A DNA stretch of 64,000 nucleotides, taken from Fimicolochytrium jonesii. Lineage: Eukaryota. Made by a program: the position numbers and the translations under genes. Below, in pieces: positions 1 through 11,733 of the stretch; position 1 is the stretch's first letter, and each line of letters opens with the position of its first letter. Under the pieces are notes generated by a model, which was not told the origin of the DNA, made no database searches, and saw nothing but the letters and a program-made list of their open reading frames with translations. The stretch covers positions 248,001 through 312,000 of the forward strand of contig NW_026515684.1 in the NCBI RefSeq assembly GCF_025526975.1, read 5' to 3'.

Positions 1-3000
1 GTAACATCACCCACCCCGATTTCTTCTCCCTGATGAGCTCCGGCGATCTCTTTCAAAATGCGTCCCCAGTTAGGCTTGCCGGAGTACTGATTGTAAGCGT
101 GCAAGGTGACCTTCTTCAGATTGAGCTCCTGAGAAATTCGCAAGAGAGCGTCAGCATGAACAGCAATGCATATCACCCCAAATGGGCCAGCGGAGAGCCA
201 TACCCCAGTGGTGTACGTATTCAAAACCACATGATCTTTCAGATCAGCATTGGAGATAACTGCATCAATGAGATCCTTAAACGACGACAATTCCTGTTCA
301 TCGCGGCACACCCAGAAGAAGTGGATCTTGAGACGTTGCTGTTCGGCTCTCGCTTCCTTTGATAAACCTTCCCGCTGCTTCACACGGATGGTCATGGATT
401 TCAAGATCGAGATGAAAGGTGTGACTCCAATGCCGGCGCCGACGAGAACTACTGTCGAATGGTCAAACACTTCTTCGGACGGGCTCCCATATGGGCCGTC
501 CACCCTCAACATGATCTGTGCCTTGTCCTCTTTGGCAGGTTTGACCTCCCCCGCCTCGAGATTCCCCGATTTCTTCACAACGGGCCTCACAACGAGTGAC
601 TGTCGGCCCTCCTTCGGCACAACCTCCGTTCGAGCGTGGCCGAGCAAAGTGCGTAGCTTGTAACACCAGTCCATGTCGGGCCGAGCACGAATATGGCAGC
701 TGAAGTGCGCTTCTTCAGGAGCGCTGGTGATCGTAAACGGATGCCATTCCAGTTCCGTGATGTCGGGGCAGTTCAAGAAGAGGTACTGTCCAGCTTTGTA
801 GTTGAACTTTCGCTTTCCTTGCATCTTCATCTTCAGCGCGAGGATGTCCTGACCCACAATCTTCGAATCGATGACGACCACGTCCACCTTGGCGCGACGC
901 TTCTGCACGAGCTTTTCCAGGCCGATGAAGGCCAGGGGCCAGAGCGAGAAAGCCCAGAACATGGGGCCGTGGAGCCAGAGGAGGACGAAGCAAGGCATCC
1001 AGAGCTTGTGCACGAGAAGGAAGGTTCTGTAGCCATCGAATCTGTGGTAAAACATCGAAATGCCGTTAGAATTTATCAATTGGATGCTCGCAAGGGAGTT
1101 CTCCCACGTACCGGAATCGTCTGAAAGTAAAGTACTTCCGCATGAACACCGCGGACAGGAACATGCAGAGCATCATTAACGCTATCAAATGCCCAGTCAC
1201 TCCAGCCAGGTTGGCGAATGCCTGATGCCCGGTCGAAACCCCGTACCGCTGCTCATTCCACCCAAAGTCGAGGTAGTGGAACACAGCATGCATAATGCCC
1301 CCGACCGCAATGAACGCGAACACCAGTTTATGCATCGCGATGTTGTCGTCCAGCGGGATCACGTCCGCAAGCGGGGTGCTACGCAACCAGCAGAGCGTGT
1401 TGCGGAGCACGGTGATGAGAATGAACGAGCAGTTGACGTTGAGGGTCTTCCCAAAGCCTTTCGCGTACGGATAGTACGGTGCCGGGTCGACACCAAGTGC
1501 GAGACAGTATCCGTAAATCCAGACCCCAGCGTTGACCAACACAAACGCGGTGATGATGGTAACTCGGGGGCCTTTCCACAACCACCATTCGTTGAATTTT
1601 GCGATATAGGGATGCCGCATTACGTCTTCGGTGTCCGACGGCGTCGATGCGTGTTCGCTTTGCGGTCTGGTCAAGTGCAGGGCCCCGACGATCGCGCCTG
1701 CTTTGCTGGCTGGATTGCTTCGCCCGTAGCGCACGAATCGCATGGACGCGAAGCTGGCGGCGCCGAGGAAGGCGGCTCCGCCAATGGCGATGCCAATTGC
1801 GGCGCCGACGCTGTCCATGTCTTCGGAGACGTTGAGGGTTGCTTTCTCTGTTGGGGGATCGCATACGCCAGTTCAAAATGACCCAGAAATGTACAAGCGC
1901 AACAGCATTTCGAACGATCCCACTTACGTTCACGATTCGAAAAAGCGCTATTCCTCGTGCTCAACAAATTGAACGTCCCCTTATTATCAACCCTCACCAA
2001 CCCGGCGTTGAAATACCCACTCGCAGAATTGATCCTTGCACAATTCTGGGGATTATTCGCATCGGTGGTTGTCGTACAGTTCGTCTGATCGAGGTACGCT
2101 AGTTTGGCAATCATATTGCGGTTGTCGGTGAAGTGGTCTGGTGGGGTGTCGCCGTCCGGATTGAAATTGATGGGGTAGTTGACGCCTTGCGAGGATGCTA
2201 CTACGAGGTTGCTGCGGTCGGTGCCGTCGCGGCCGTTGCCGGCGTTGCCGTTCTGATTTGCGTCGGAGCCTGTCCACTGTTTTTGTTGGTGATCAGGTCA
2301 TGTAGGTTTGAAAGGCAAATGCTAAGTTCACCACCGACCTGAATGTGCAGATAATCGCCGCGCTTCGCATTGATGGTATTTGGCACAAAGTCGTACTCCA
2401 CGGATGGATAAACCTGTCAACAAGAGATGTTGATGGCCGCAACCGGCGTAATGATATAAATGGAGGGCTCTTACATCGACAATGTTTCCCCTCCTGCCTC
2501 GAACATTCAGGTTGATGATCCGGGAAGTCCCAATAAAGTTCCGCTTCAACTCAGCCGGCTGTTTGCGTACAATGAACACATGGGACCGGTCCTCAAACGT
2601 TCGCCCAAATTGCGCGGTGTTGATGTTCAACGTCAACGGGCCGGAGACATTATTCCCCATCCCGACGAAGTCCACCGTTGGATTACCTATGATGATGATC
2701 GATGAGGTTTGTTGAAACAAGCATATGCATTCCGTCTCCCCGCTGTGCTTACCCTTCACTTTGGAATTCGCGGCATTGTAGAACGAATCCGTCCCCCAGC
2801 CATCATAATCCATGGTCGAGATGTTGTACCGAAGCCTGAGGACACACTTCGTCCCGTCCGGGTGCACACCCTCGGGGACGGTCCAGGTGTACGACGGGGA
2901 CTGCGTCGTGCCATCTGCCTGACCAAGATGGTTGTTCCGTGTGGTAGGGCATACGCCGCAATCGGGCGCTGGGACGTTGAAGTTCCCAGAGTAGGACCAT

Positions 3001-4120
3001 GTGGCACTGTTTTGCTCGCAATCGAATCTAGTTATGAACTGTGAAACAGACCATTATCATTTCCGATGCAAAGACCGATGTAATTAGCGAGAGATGCCTT
3101 CTGACGCACCTGTGGGTCGGAGCAGCTGCCTCTGTCGTTCCCGTTCTGGCTGGTGGCTTGGTAGTACTTGCATCGTTTGGGTTCGTCCGTGCATGTGTAA
3201 ATATCTCGCCATGGAGTGGGGAGCCAGTAAGGATAGTAGTCCCTTCAGGTGATAAACCGTTTCAGAAAGGCTTCAAACGGTATATCCATCAAACATTCCA
3301 TAGCTTACCTCTCCTCAGGACACTCGAACCCAAATCTCTGCCCGTTGTTGTTCTGACGAGTGAAGATCGCCGTGTCCCCGTTCAGATTCCTATCCGCCGT
3401 GAACAACCGCTTGTTCCGCTTTCGTGTCGAACATTGCTGATACCACGAGAAAGGTTCATGTTGTCCGTATGTCATGTAATTTGCTGCAGTGGGATCCTGA
3501 ACGATTGTGCTGGTCGTGGTACCGTCACGGAGGCCAGGGGCGGAGTCTTCGCACATGTACTGGAGGACCATGTTGCAGTGAAGACGGGGGTTCAATCCAC
3601 AGCCGTGTTGGTTCGTCCTTCGGCGTTGAAGATTTACATCGTTAAGTGAATCTATCGTCAGCGTCCATCAGGATGGCCCGTCGCTTACCATTGAATCTCA
3701 AGCTCACTGCCTTCGTAGAATTGCATGACGCCTTTCAAAGCACCCGGCATCTTTGCGTCATATTGCTGATTATTGTTCTGGCATGGTATCTTGCAGTCAT
3801 CGCCTGCTTGGTATCCTCCGCGTCCGTTGTTCTGAGAGTCGAAGAGTCTGCCATGTGGAAAGGTTGGCACTGGCTTGGTCTCAAAACTGCGATGCCTCGT
3901 CTTGAACTCACCTGTTGTCGTTCTGCACGTTATTGCTCTGTTCGTTTAGTTTGTTGTTCGAACCTCGAGGGTTGTCTGTTAATAGGCTCGGTGTCAGTCA
4001 TCTGCACCTATCATGTATACCAATAACAGGAGAAAATCGATTCCTACGCATGTAAACATCTGCCTGCACACCAACGACAGCAAGGGCCAGCAGGGCGTAG
4101 ATTGCTTCCGATCCGCGCAT
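1..4120 (-). CDS. DD3-3-like ectodomain + TM + NADPH oxidase (NOX) fusion protein; multi-exon, 3' end runs off the window
   Basis: ATG 4120 starts a signal peptide (MRGSEAIYALLALAVVGVQA). Spliced DD3-3 motifs follow: DVYMHNPRGSNNKLNE, LFDSQNNGRGGY, FECPEERDYYPYW, CVLRLRYNIST, LNVRGRRGNIV, STRNSAFSNREQK. Intron 1848-1927 joins these in frame to a TM helix and a NOX domain with heme His pairs (MHKL..MHAVFH; VHKL..LHG), HPFTITSAP, VDGPYG, VGAGIGVTPF and FFWVCRD. Confidence 0.85.
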
Positions 4121-4695
4121 TGTGCTGACTGGTAGGGGTATGTATACTAAGGGTATAATATATCTGAGAAACTGTCGCAGACTCTCCAAACTGGAGATGA
4201 GCGGAACCAAGGGCGTCAGTTATATATTTCAAGCCAGGTTTTGAAGCCACATTTCGGACCGGCATTCCGGAGCTGACACTATAAAGAAGTCCTTCCATTT
4301 ATAGTTCGATGTCTGTGACTTGGAGACGAAAAGATAAACAACGGAATTTCAACAGAAGCGCTGTCAGAAGTTCTAGAAGATCAACTCCGCCAACTTGAAC
4401 GCGTGCGTGTACAGTACAGTACGACAACAACACATTGTATATGGTTGACGATAAGGATTGCTACTAAAGGTCGGCGAAGCATTCTCTATATCTCGGCCCC
4501 GTCAGGAAACATCTTGCGTGCCTCAGGATTTGCCTGATCGCCAGGCGTCTCTACGTACAAGAGGTCTGCACATAACCAGGCGTTGAGTACGCTGACGTGT
4601 GTTCTCAAAACCCTATAGAATGGACACAGCCCTATGTAGACCTCGTCAGGCACAGCCCTACCCTAACCGCTGTGCAGCGATCTTCTGAGAACGCC

Positions 4696-5525
4696 TCAAT
4701 AGAAGCAGACCGAGTGTAGAACCTGCGCGTTCGTCCGCGACGCGAATTCATCTAATATTCTATCCATATCTGCATCGCGGTCTTGCGATTGTGCGATGGT
4801 ATTAACGAGCTGCAGTATAAGTTGACCGCCCACTGCAGCTTCTTGGTGGTTATCTTGAATCTCTATGTTAATCAAATGTACGGGTCGATTGAGGTCCCCA
4901 CTTCGATTGTTCAGGTCTGCATGGAGGGGAGGGAATCAGAGACACAGGAAATCCCAGTCGCAACATTCTATCTGGCTTCGCATACCATCGCAAGCTGCAT
5001 CAAAACATCGTTCTTCACATGATATGACAATATCAAATATGTCACGATTTTCCTGCCACCGTTCTGGGGCCCGCTTTATTCGCCGATTCCTATCGAGCAT
5101 GGGCAAAAGCCCATTTGCCTTATACCTGCGCCAATTGCGAACATCAGCAATCCTCTACTAGTGAAATTATCGTCCTCTAGGGCCTGTATGCAGACCACCT
5201 ACAGCTGCGGGTCCTTCTTGACAAGATCATTGAGAATATCGTTGTATGGTACGCCGAAAGGGTATATGTTTGGCTTATCGACCGATGGTCCTGGTAGTCT
5301 CACAGCACTTCCTGTACCATAAGAAGAAACCGTGTAACCTGCTTTCCTACAAAGTCAAGACATGGCTGTAAGGTGATGAGACCGGTCAACAGATATCGAG
5401 TCGATGCATGGAATCGAAACTTCTACTCACTGTAAAACATTGTGGGCCTCCATACTCCTGTTCTGGTTACTGGCGCATATGACGGCGAGGCGAAAGATCT
5501 GCTGTTGCTGCTGCTGTTGCGCCAT
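4696..5525 (-). CDS. SSU72: RNA polymerase II CTD phosphatase Ssu72 (multi-exon; not in the ORF track)
   Basis: Manual splicing gives [20 protein letters not shown] (CX5R active site), [55 protein letters not shown] and C-terminal LHSVCFY* (TGA 4696-4698). Confidence 0.95.
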
Positions 5526-5856
5526 TGTTGTGCTATGGAATCATGAAGCAACTCGAAGGAATCCTCAGTGGGGAGAACCTGGAGAATTACGGAAACGTTG
5601 CTCGGAGCGAGCAACAGGAGCAACTGTGTTCCAATTCTCAAGAGTTCTCACGCGTCGTGGGAACTTTCTCATGGAGTACTCTCTGCCATCTTGCGGTTCG
5701 TCTCCCAAGCAGAGCAGCATCGAAACTCGCAGGACAGTCGCAGGAGAGGTGGTGTCTTCTTCTGCTCAACAGGGGCGTGGTGGTCGCTCATGCTCGGTCT
5801 TCTGTATCTTTGTCGGTCTCAACTCCTTAAGGCATAGAAATCACGACTGTCCAGCG

Positions 5857-8800
5857 ATGGCTAACAGCCCTTCAACCACGGCCATGGAAGGCAGCATGGA
5901 AGGACTTACAAGGGGATTCGGTGCGGGCGATTCTCAGAAGCAGAATGGTGGCAACATTACCGATGGAGATTGTCTACCCGACCTTCGCTTCCTTCCGGAC
6001 GTTGGGGGTACCTCGTCCAGCTTCAGCGACTCCAACTTTATGCTGGGTGGACAAGAGACGCTCTTGCAGGAAGATGCCCTGGCAGCCCCAGACTCCTTCC
6101 TAGAATTCTGGCCAATCGAACGCGACGTTGAGGAAGATACGGCAGCGGGAGTTGCGGAACAACCTATTGGTGAAGCCTCGCAAGTGGGAAACGGGTTTGA
6201 AGACGCTATGGAACAGCACGCGCAACCTGCGGAGTTCTCCGTCGTCGAGAGCACAATGACTAATGAAAGCCAGCATACCCAAGAGGGTTCCGATGCGCTT
6301 GTCTCTCATCGTTTCTTATCGAAAGCGGCTTCCCACGAAGTTGTCCGAGTTCGATCCATGTCTACTGATACACACGCGAGCATGATCCCGAGCTCAAAGC
6401 GCGGGTCAATCTCAGCCGCGGCCGCCAATGAACAAGAGGATTGCATGATGACCGATATCCAGCAACCCTTCCCTGGTGCAAAAAAGCTGACCGTCAGTCA
6501 TTCGGCCAGCGAAATCGTCAACATTTTCTCTGATAGATGTAGTATTGCGGGATCGGTGCCGAACAAACGAGAACTTGCGGCCGCGCAGGAGAGCTCAAAC
6601 CCTCGACAAGGTAATGTTGATGCGGGTGCGAAATGTCTGGGGCTCCCTGAGGCTGTTAAAGTGACAATCATCTTGCAGTACCAGAAACCGCAATTACCCG
6701 GGGAGGTTTCGATGACAACGAAAGCATAGATACGAGCGTTACTGGGCTTAGCGCAACATCACGATTACGACGCTCTGAGGACGCCGCTCAATTAAAACGT
6801 TTAAAGGCGGAACCGGGGACGTCGCACCACTTTGCTCCCAGAGGCGTGACGCTTGCTGAAAGAGAACGCTCTGTGGAGTCGCACGACGACGCGACATCCG
6901 TCGCAGCAAGCAGTGTAACATGGTCTCAAATGAGTCGAGCATCACAATCTCCGGGAAGGGAACATACCCCTCTGAGGCGTGCACTAATGCGCCCGGCGTC
7001 GCCAGAAAGCAGCATCGGTTCGCCTTTACCCAAACGCCGTCGCGTGCCAGAAGTTGATCTGGTGCCACCTTTCCTCGGGAGCGTGCCGTCAGACGAAACT
7101 TCGAGACCCATGTCGCATCTCAAAGAAGAACGACACGTTCGCTTTCAACAAGAAGGTTCGACCAACGGCACACATTCGGACGACCACCCTGAAGGACTGG
7201 CATTCGAGAAAAATGTTCTAGCACTATCGTACCGGCGTGGGAAGATAGGTGCTGCATACTACAACGTCGCGGACTCGGTCCTGTTCCTGATGGAAGACGC
7301 CAACGATGATCAGCATTTCGAGATCGTCCAGCTTTTGAAGTTTCAAGTGCAGCCGTCGACGATCATTGTCAGTGCTAGGGCCGATGATGACTTTGTAGCC
7401 GCCGTTACTGCGGCAGATGAGAGATTAGGCTCTATCGAGATCGCCGTGCGTCCATCAACCGACTTCATTTATCAAACCGCGAAAAACAAAATCCTCTCAC
7501 TGCATGTAGACGAGTTCGATGGACCCGATCTGGATCAGCCAGGGCAAGCAAATCCTTCCATTTCGGGCAACAAGCTGTCGATGATGTTCCAGTTAGAGAG
7601 CATCATCTCACTCGAAAATCAGGAGATGGTGTGCTGTGCTGGGGCTCTCCTAAACTACATAAGCAAAGCAAAGCTGACTGGCGCCATCTTGGAGCGAAAT
7701 ATCGACATGGAGGTCGCCAAAGTCGAGCAATTCAATCTCAAAAAGTACATGCAGATTAATGCCGACGCCATGTGGTCCCTGCAAATCTTCCAAGACGAAG
7801 CTCATCCGAACATGTTCAGCAAACGGAGCAAAGAGGGGCTATCGTTATTCGGAATCCTAGACAATACCAAAACGCCACTGGGACGGACACTATTGAAACA
7901 GTGGTTTCTTCGACCCTCAATGGAAGTTGAAGTGATACGCCAGCGCCACGCTGCAGTCGAGTTCTTTTTAATGACCGATATACGATATGAGGTCGATCAA
8001 CTGCGCGCGGCTCTGAGAAATATAAAGAACATACCGAGGGCTCTGAGGAAAATGAAAAGCAAAGCGACTATCCCGGAATGGCAGATGATCCTGAAATTTG
8101 CCTATTACTCTCTCAAAGTTCGAGGAATCCTGCGGGAGATTACCACGGAAGCGCAATTGACGCTGCTGCAAAAGATGAACGAAGTCTGCAACGTCCAAGA
8201 ACTCAAAAGTGTCGGTTCCCTCATCAACAACGTGGTGGACTTTGATGCGTCCGTGAATGAAGCGCGATTTGTCGTTAAACCTCATGTCGATGACGAACTG
8301 GACGAGATGAAGCGAACCTACCACGGCTTGGACGATCTTCTGTCTCAAGTTGCGCACGAACTCGGAGACATAATTCCGCCGGAATTTGCGACTTCGATGA
8401 ACGTGATCTATTTCCCGCAGCTGGGCTACCTTATCACCATCCCTCTCAAGGAAGGGATGACGAATCAGGAGGATTTTGTCATCGAGGGACTCCATTTCCA
8501 GTTCTGTACTTCGAATACCGTGTACTACAAAAGCGATCGTATGTTTGAACTCGACGAAACGATCGGGGATATCCATTCGATCATCGTCGACCGTGAGATC
8601 GAGATAATGCAGAAGCTGCAGGAGACTGTGCTCACCTATCGTAGCACCCTGGTGAAAACGGCGGAAGTGTGTGCGGAGCTAGATTGCATCTTGTCGCTGG
8701 CGGAAGCAGCTGCAAAATATCACTATTCGCGCCCCGAAATGAAAGAGGAAAACGTATTGCAGATACGGAACGGAAGGTAGGATCCTCACTTGCTAGATGA

Positions 8801-10031
8801 CAAAGGGGACGTGTACACTTCCCATGCCTTCTCCCCAGACATCCGCTCCAGGAGCTTTGCGTGGATGTCTTCGTCCCAAACAACACTCAGTTAGGCTTCG
8901 ACGACAACTCGGCTCGGATTGTCTTGCTTACCGGCGCAAACTCGTCGGGAAAGTCGATCTATCTCAAGCAGGTCTATTTCCCAGGAGATCTCTCATCGTT
9001 CTCGCATGGGTGCTGACATTGACGTTTCAGGTGGCTCTCATAGCATTCATGGCACAGATTGGAAGCTTTGTCCCCGCCGAGCGCGCCACAATTGGACTCA
9101 CAGACAAGATCCTGACCAGAGTGCAGACTCGGGAGTCTGTCTCAAAGTTGCAGAGCACCTTCATGATTGATGTCAATCAGGTCGGAGTTGCGCTAGCGTG
9201 CGCTACTGCCCGCTCGCTTGTGCTTTTGGATGAGTTCGGGAAGGGAACAGACATTACTGGTAAACAGTTTGCTTATGATTCGTGGGCAGCTGGTTGCACT
9301 GCTGTGTCCTGACCCTTCGAATGGCATAGATGGTGTGGGTCTGCTTTGCGGTGTGATTGAGCAGTTTGCTGCACGCGCACATGAGTGCCCGAATGTCATT
9401 GTTGCTACACACTTTCATGGTTTGGGAACTTGATTGCGCCCCTATTCTCGAATCTACATGCTCATCTCGTCTTACAGAAATCAATACTCACAATTTGTTG
9501 AACGTGTCGCCGCAACTGCTGCAAGATTGCACAATGGAGATTCTGGAGACGCAAGGCTCTAATGGACTTACCTTCCTGTACCGGTAAGCACCAGTCACTC
9601 ACGGTTCCTGGACATGCGTCTGGGGTCAACATGCCCACCTATCATCATCACCACAGTATATCTCCTGGCCGTGCTACTTCCTCATGGGGCGTTCACTGCG
9701 CTGCACTCGCTGGAATGCAGGAAGACGTTCTTCGTCGAGGTTGTACACATAATTCCTTCCCGCTACATGTCAATGAATATGACGGATAGTTAACATGTGA
9801 TCCTTAGGACGGGAGGCATCAGAGAAACTCGCCAAAGGGGACCCCATGGTGCCAACTCTCACGACAGCCGATCTGAAGCGGAAAGAGATAAGCCACGTGA
9901 TAGCCAAAGTCTTTATGAACTTCGATGTTGAAAACGATCCTTTGGACAACTTGTGGGTACATGTAGATGGGGCTATTGCGGAATTTGACGAGAGTCGGGG
10001 ACAGTCTGTTTCTGCATCCGTGTCCTATTAG
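5857..10031 (+). CDS. MSH5: MutS homolog 5 (meiotic MutS-gamma subunit) with a long disordered N-terminal extension; start approximate
   Basis: Motifs [25 protein letters not shown] and LDETIGDI; Walker [10 protein letters not shown] (spliced, ~8930); [28 protein letters not shown] and VATHFH. No mismatch-binding domain I. Confidence 0.9.
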
Positions 10032-10145
10032 ATCGGGGGTTGGCGTAGATGATCGGTTGAAGAACATCGGAAGATATGATATGTAGACTCTCTTCGCATT
10101 GTGATGTAATGCACTATGTACAAACAAAGGACGTATGTAAACGCA

Positions 10146-11621
10146 CTAGCTGACATCGGCTTTACTATCCGTATGACCTGCCACCTTTCCAAAAGCCCTC
10201 AGCTCGCTCGCACTCCCAGTCCTAGATCCCATTTTGCTCCCTATGCGACTCCCCAATCTGCTGTCGCCTAGCGCACCCATACCCAACAATCTACCAGCCA
10301 GGCCCCCAGCTCTCTTCTCGTTCACTTTCTTCCCCGCTAGTATTTTTGCATGTGACATATGCATCGCCGCACGGGCTTTTCGTGCTTCCGCCATATGGGC
10401 AGCGGCCGTCTGTAGTGTCGCTTGAGTCTGCTGCGAAAGGTCTTTATCGTACTGCGCGGCAAGGAGGACCAGGCGCTCGGTGTGGGAGGGCAGGGCGAGG
10501 GAGAGCGAGTCGAGGTTCTGGATGAGTTGTGCGGTTTCTTGGACCATAGTGCGAAAAACGGTGTCGAACTGGGGAATCAATAAGCACAGGATGGAGATTA
10601 GCTGGCAGGTTGCAGGAAGGACCGTACCTGTTCCTCATCATGCTTATTGAAAGCCATGGCCGCTTGCAGGCCGTCGATATCTTGCTTCAGGTCAAATACC
10701 GCCTTTCGGGACCTTACCAAGTCCGCGGTCAATCTTTCGTCCCGCATCTCAAGTCTCTCGACCGTGATAGGCGGTAAGGGCGGCAAAGACTCTGAAGCTG
10801 AGGAAGAACTGTCAATAGATTGGACCAGAAAGCGCTAAACTCCGAAATCAAGGATGATTTACTCACGAATCCCGCTTCGGGCCTGACATGCTTTTGCAGC
10901 AGCTTGTAGTGCTGGCTCTGTGAAACGAACCCCTCCTTCCTCCGCATCCGCATCCTCCTCTTCGTTCAACAGATTGTCCTCCTCGGCTTCGTCACATCCA
11001 CTGACTTTCTCCTCCTCGCCTTCAACTCCTTCCACAACAATGTCCACCTCCCAAAGCTTGCCTCCTCCGCCACGTTCCGCCGCTCTCTGCTTATAAGCCC
11101 TGGAAGAGTCATAAAAATCTCCTGTGAGCGTCTGATGCGCCGGAAGAATCCCTTCTAGGACATTGGATGAAGATTGTCGGCGCTCGGCTTCCACAAGGGC
11201 TTTATCAATGGCTTCTGGGATGAGAAAGGGCGCAAATCGGGGCTCTGAGCCATTTGGAAGGGAGATCGAGGAGCGGCGAGATATGCGTCCGGCCATATAG
11301 TGTCGCTGCAAAATGAAAATGGAGGTTCATATGGCTAATTCTCACCAACCAGATTGGGGATGGCAATAGTGCAGTCTCGATCCTGCGTTGTGCGTCGGAA
11401 CCTGGTGTTGCGGATTACGACAGCGCGTGGATGGCAAGTAACACTTTTTAGTTCGTTTTTGCTTGGAAATTGTTCTAGTGACTGCCACGAAGGTCTTTAC
11501 TTCAATTGTACCAGTCCCTAAGGCCTTAACCTGGAGTGAAACTACACATCGTCACTTTCCTACCGATGTTTTAGGAGAAGAGATGTTGTTTCATGGGTGC
11601 TTACCATGCCAGAGACGTCAT
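10146..11621 (-). CDS. Hypothetical protein with acidic region and C-terminal coiled coil; start uncertain
   Basis: ORF segments 10859-11311, 10598-10786 and 10146-10580 are joined by GT-AG introns. Candidate ATG exon at 11621. No family recognised. Confidence 0.55.
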
Positions 11622-11733
11622 AGTAGCCAGTTTTGTCCTTTATCTACGTATTGATGAACCACCACGTACAGCGACATCGAGGAAATGAGCACATGAAACC
11701 TGCCTCACCCTGGCTAGTTGCTCATCGGGGTCG

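Noticed and set aside
33..1881. Plus-strand ORFs over the NOX gene (and similar antisense ORFs such as 42557-43471 and 62639-63334)
   Set aside because: These are shadows of GC-rich coding sequence on the opposite strand with no recognisable motifs.
4657..4668. Telomerase RNA template (ACCCTAACC)
   Set aside because: It is a 9-nt match in a tight hairpin loop next to the SSU72 stop, and no pseudoknot is evident.
5404..5856. N-terminal part of the 441-aa ORF including a poly-Cys run
   Set aside because: It is antisense to the SSU72 poly-Gln first exon and the shared promoter; MSH5 more plausibly starts at 5857.
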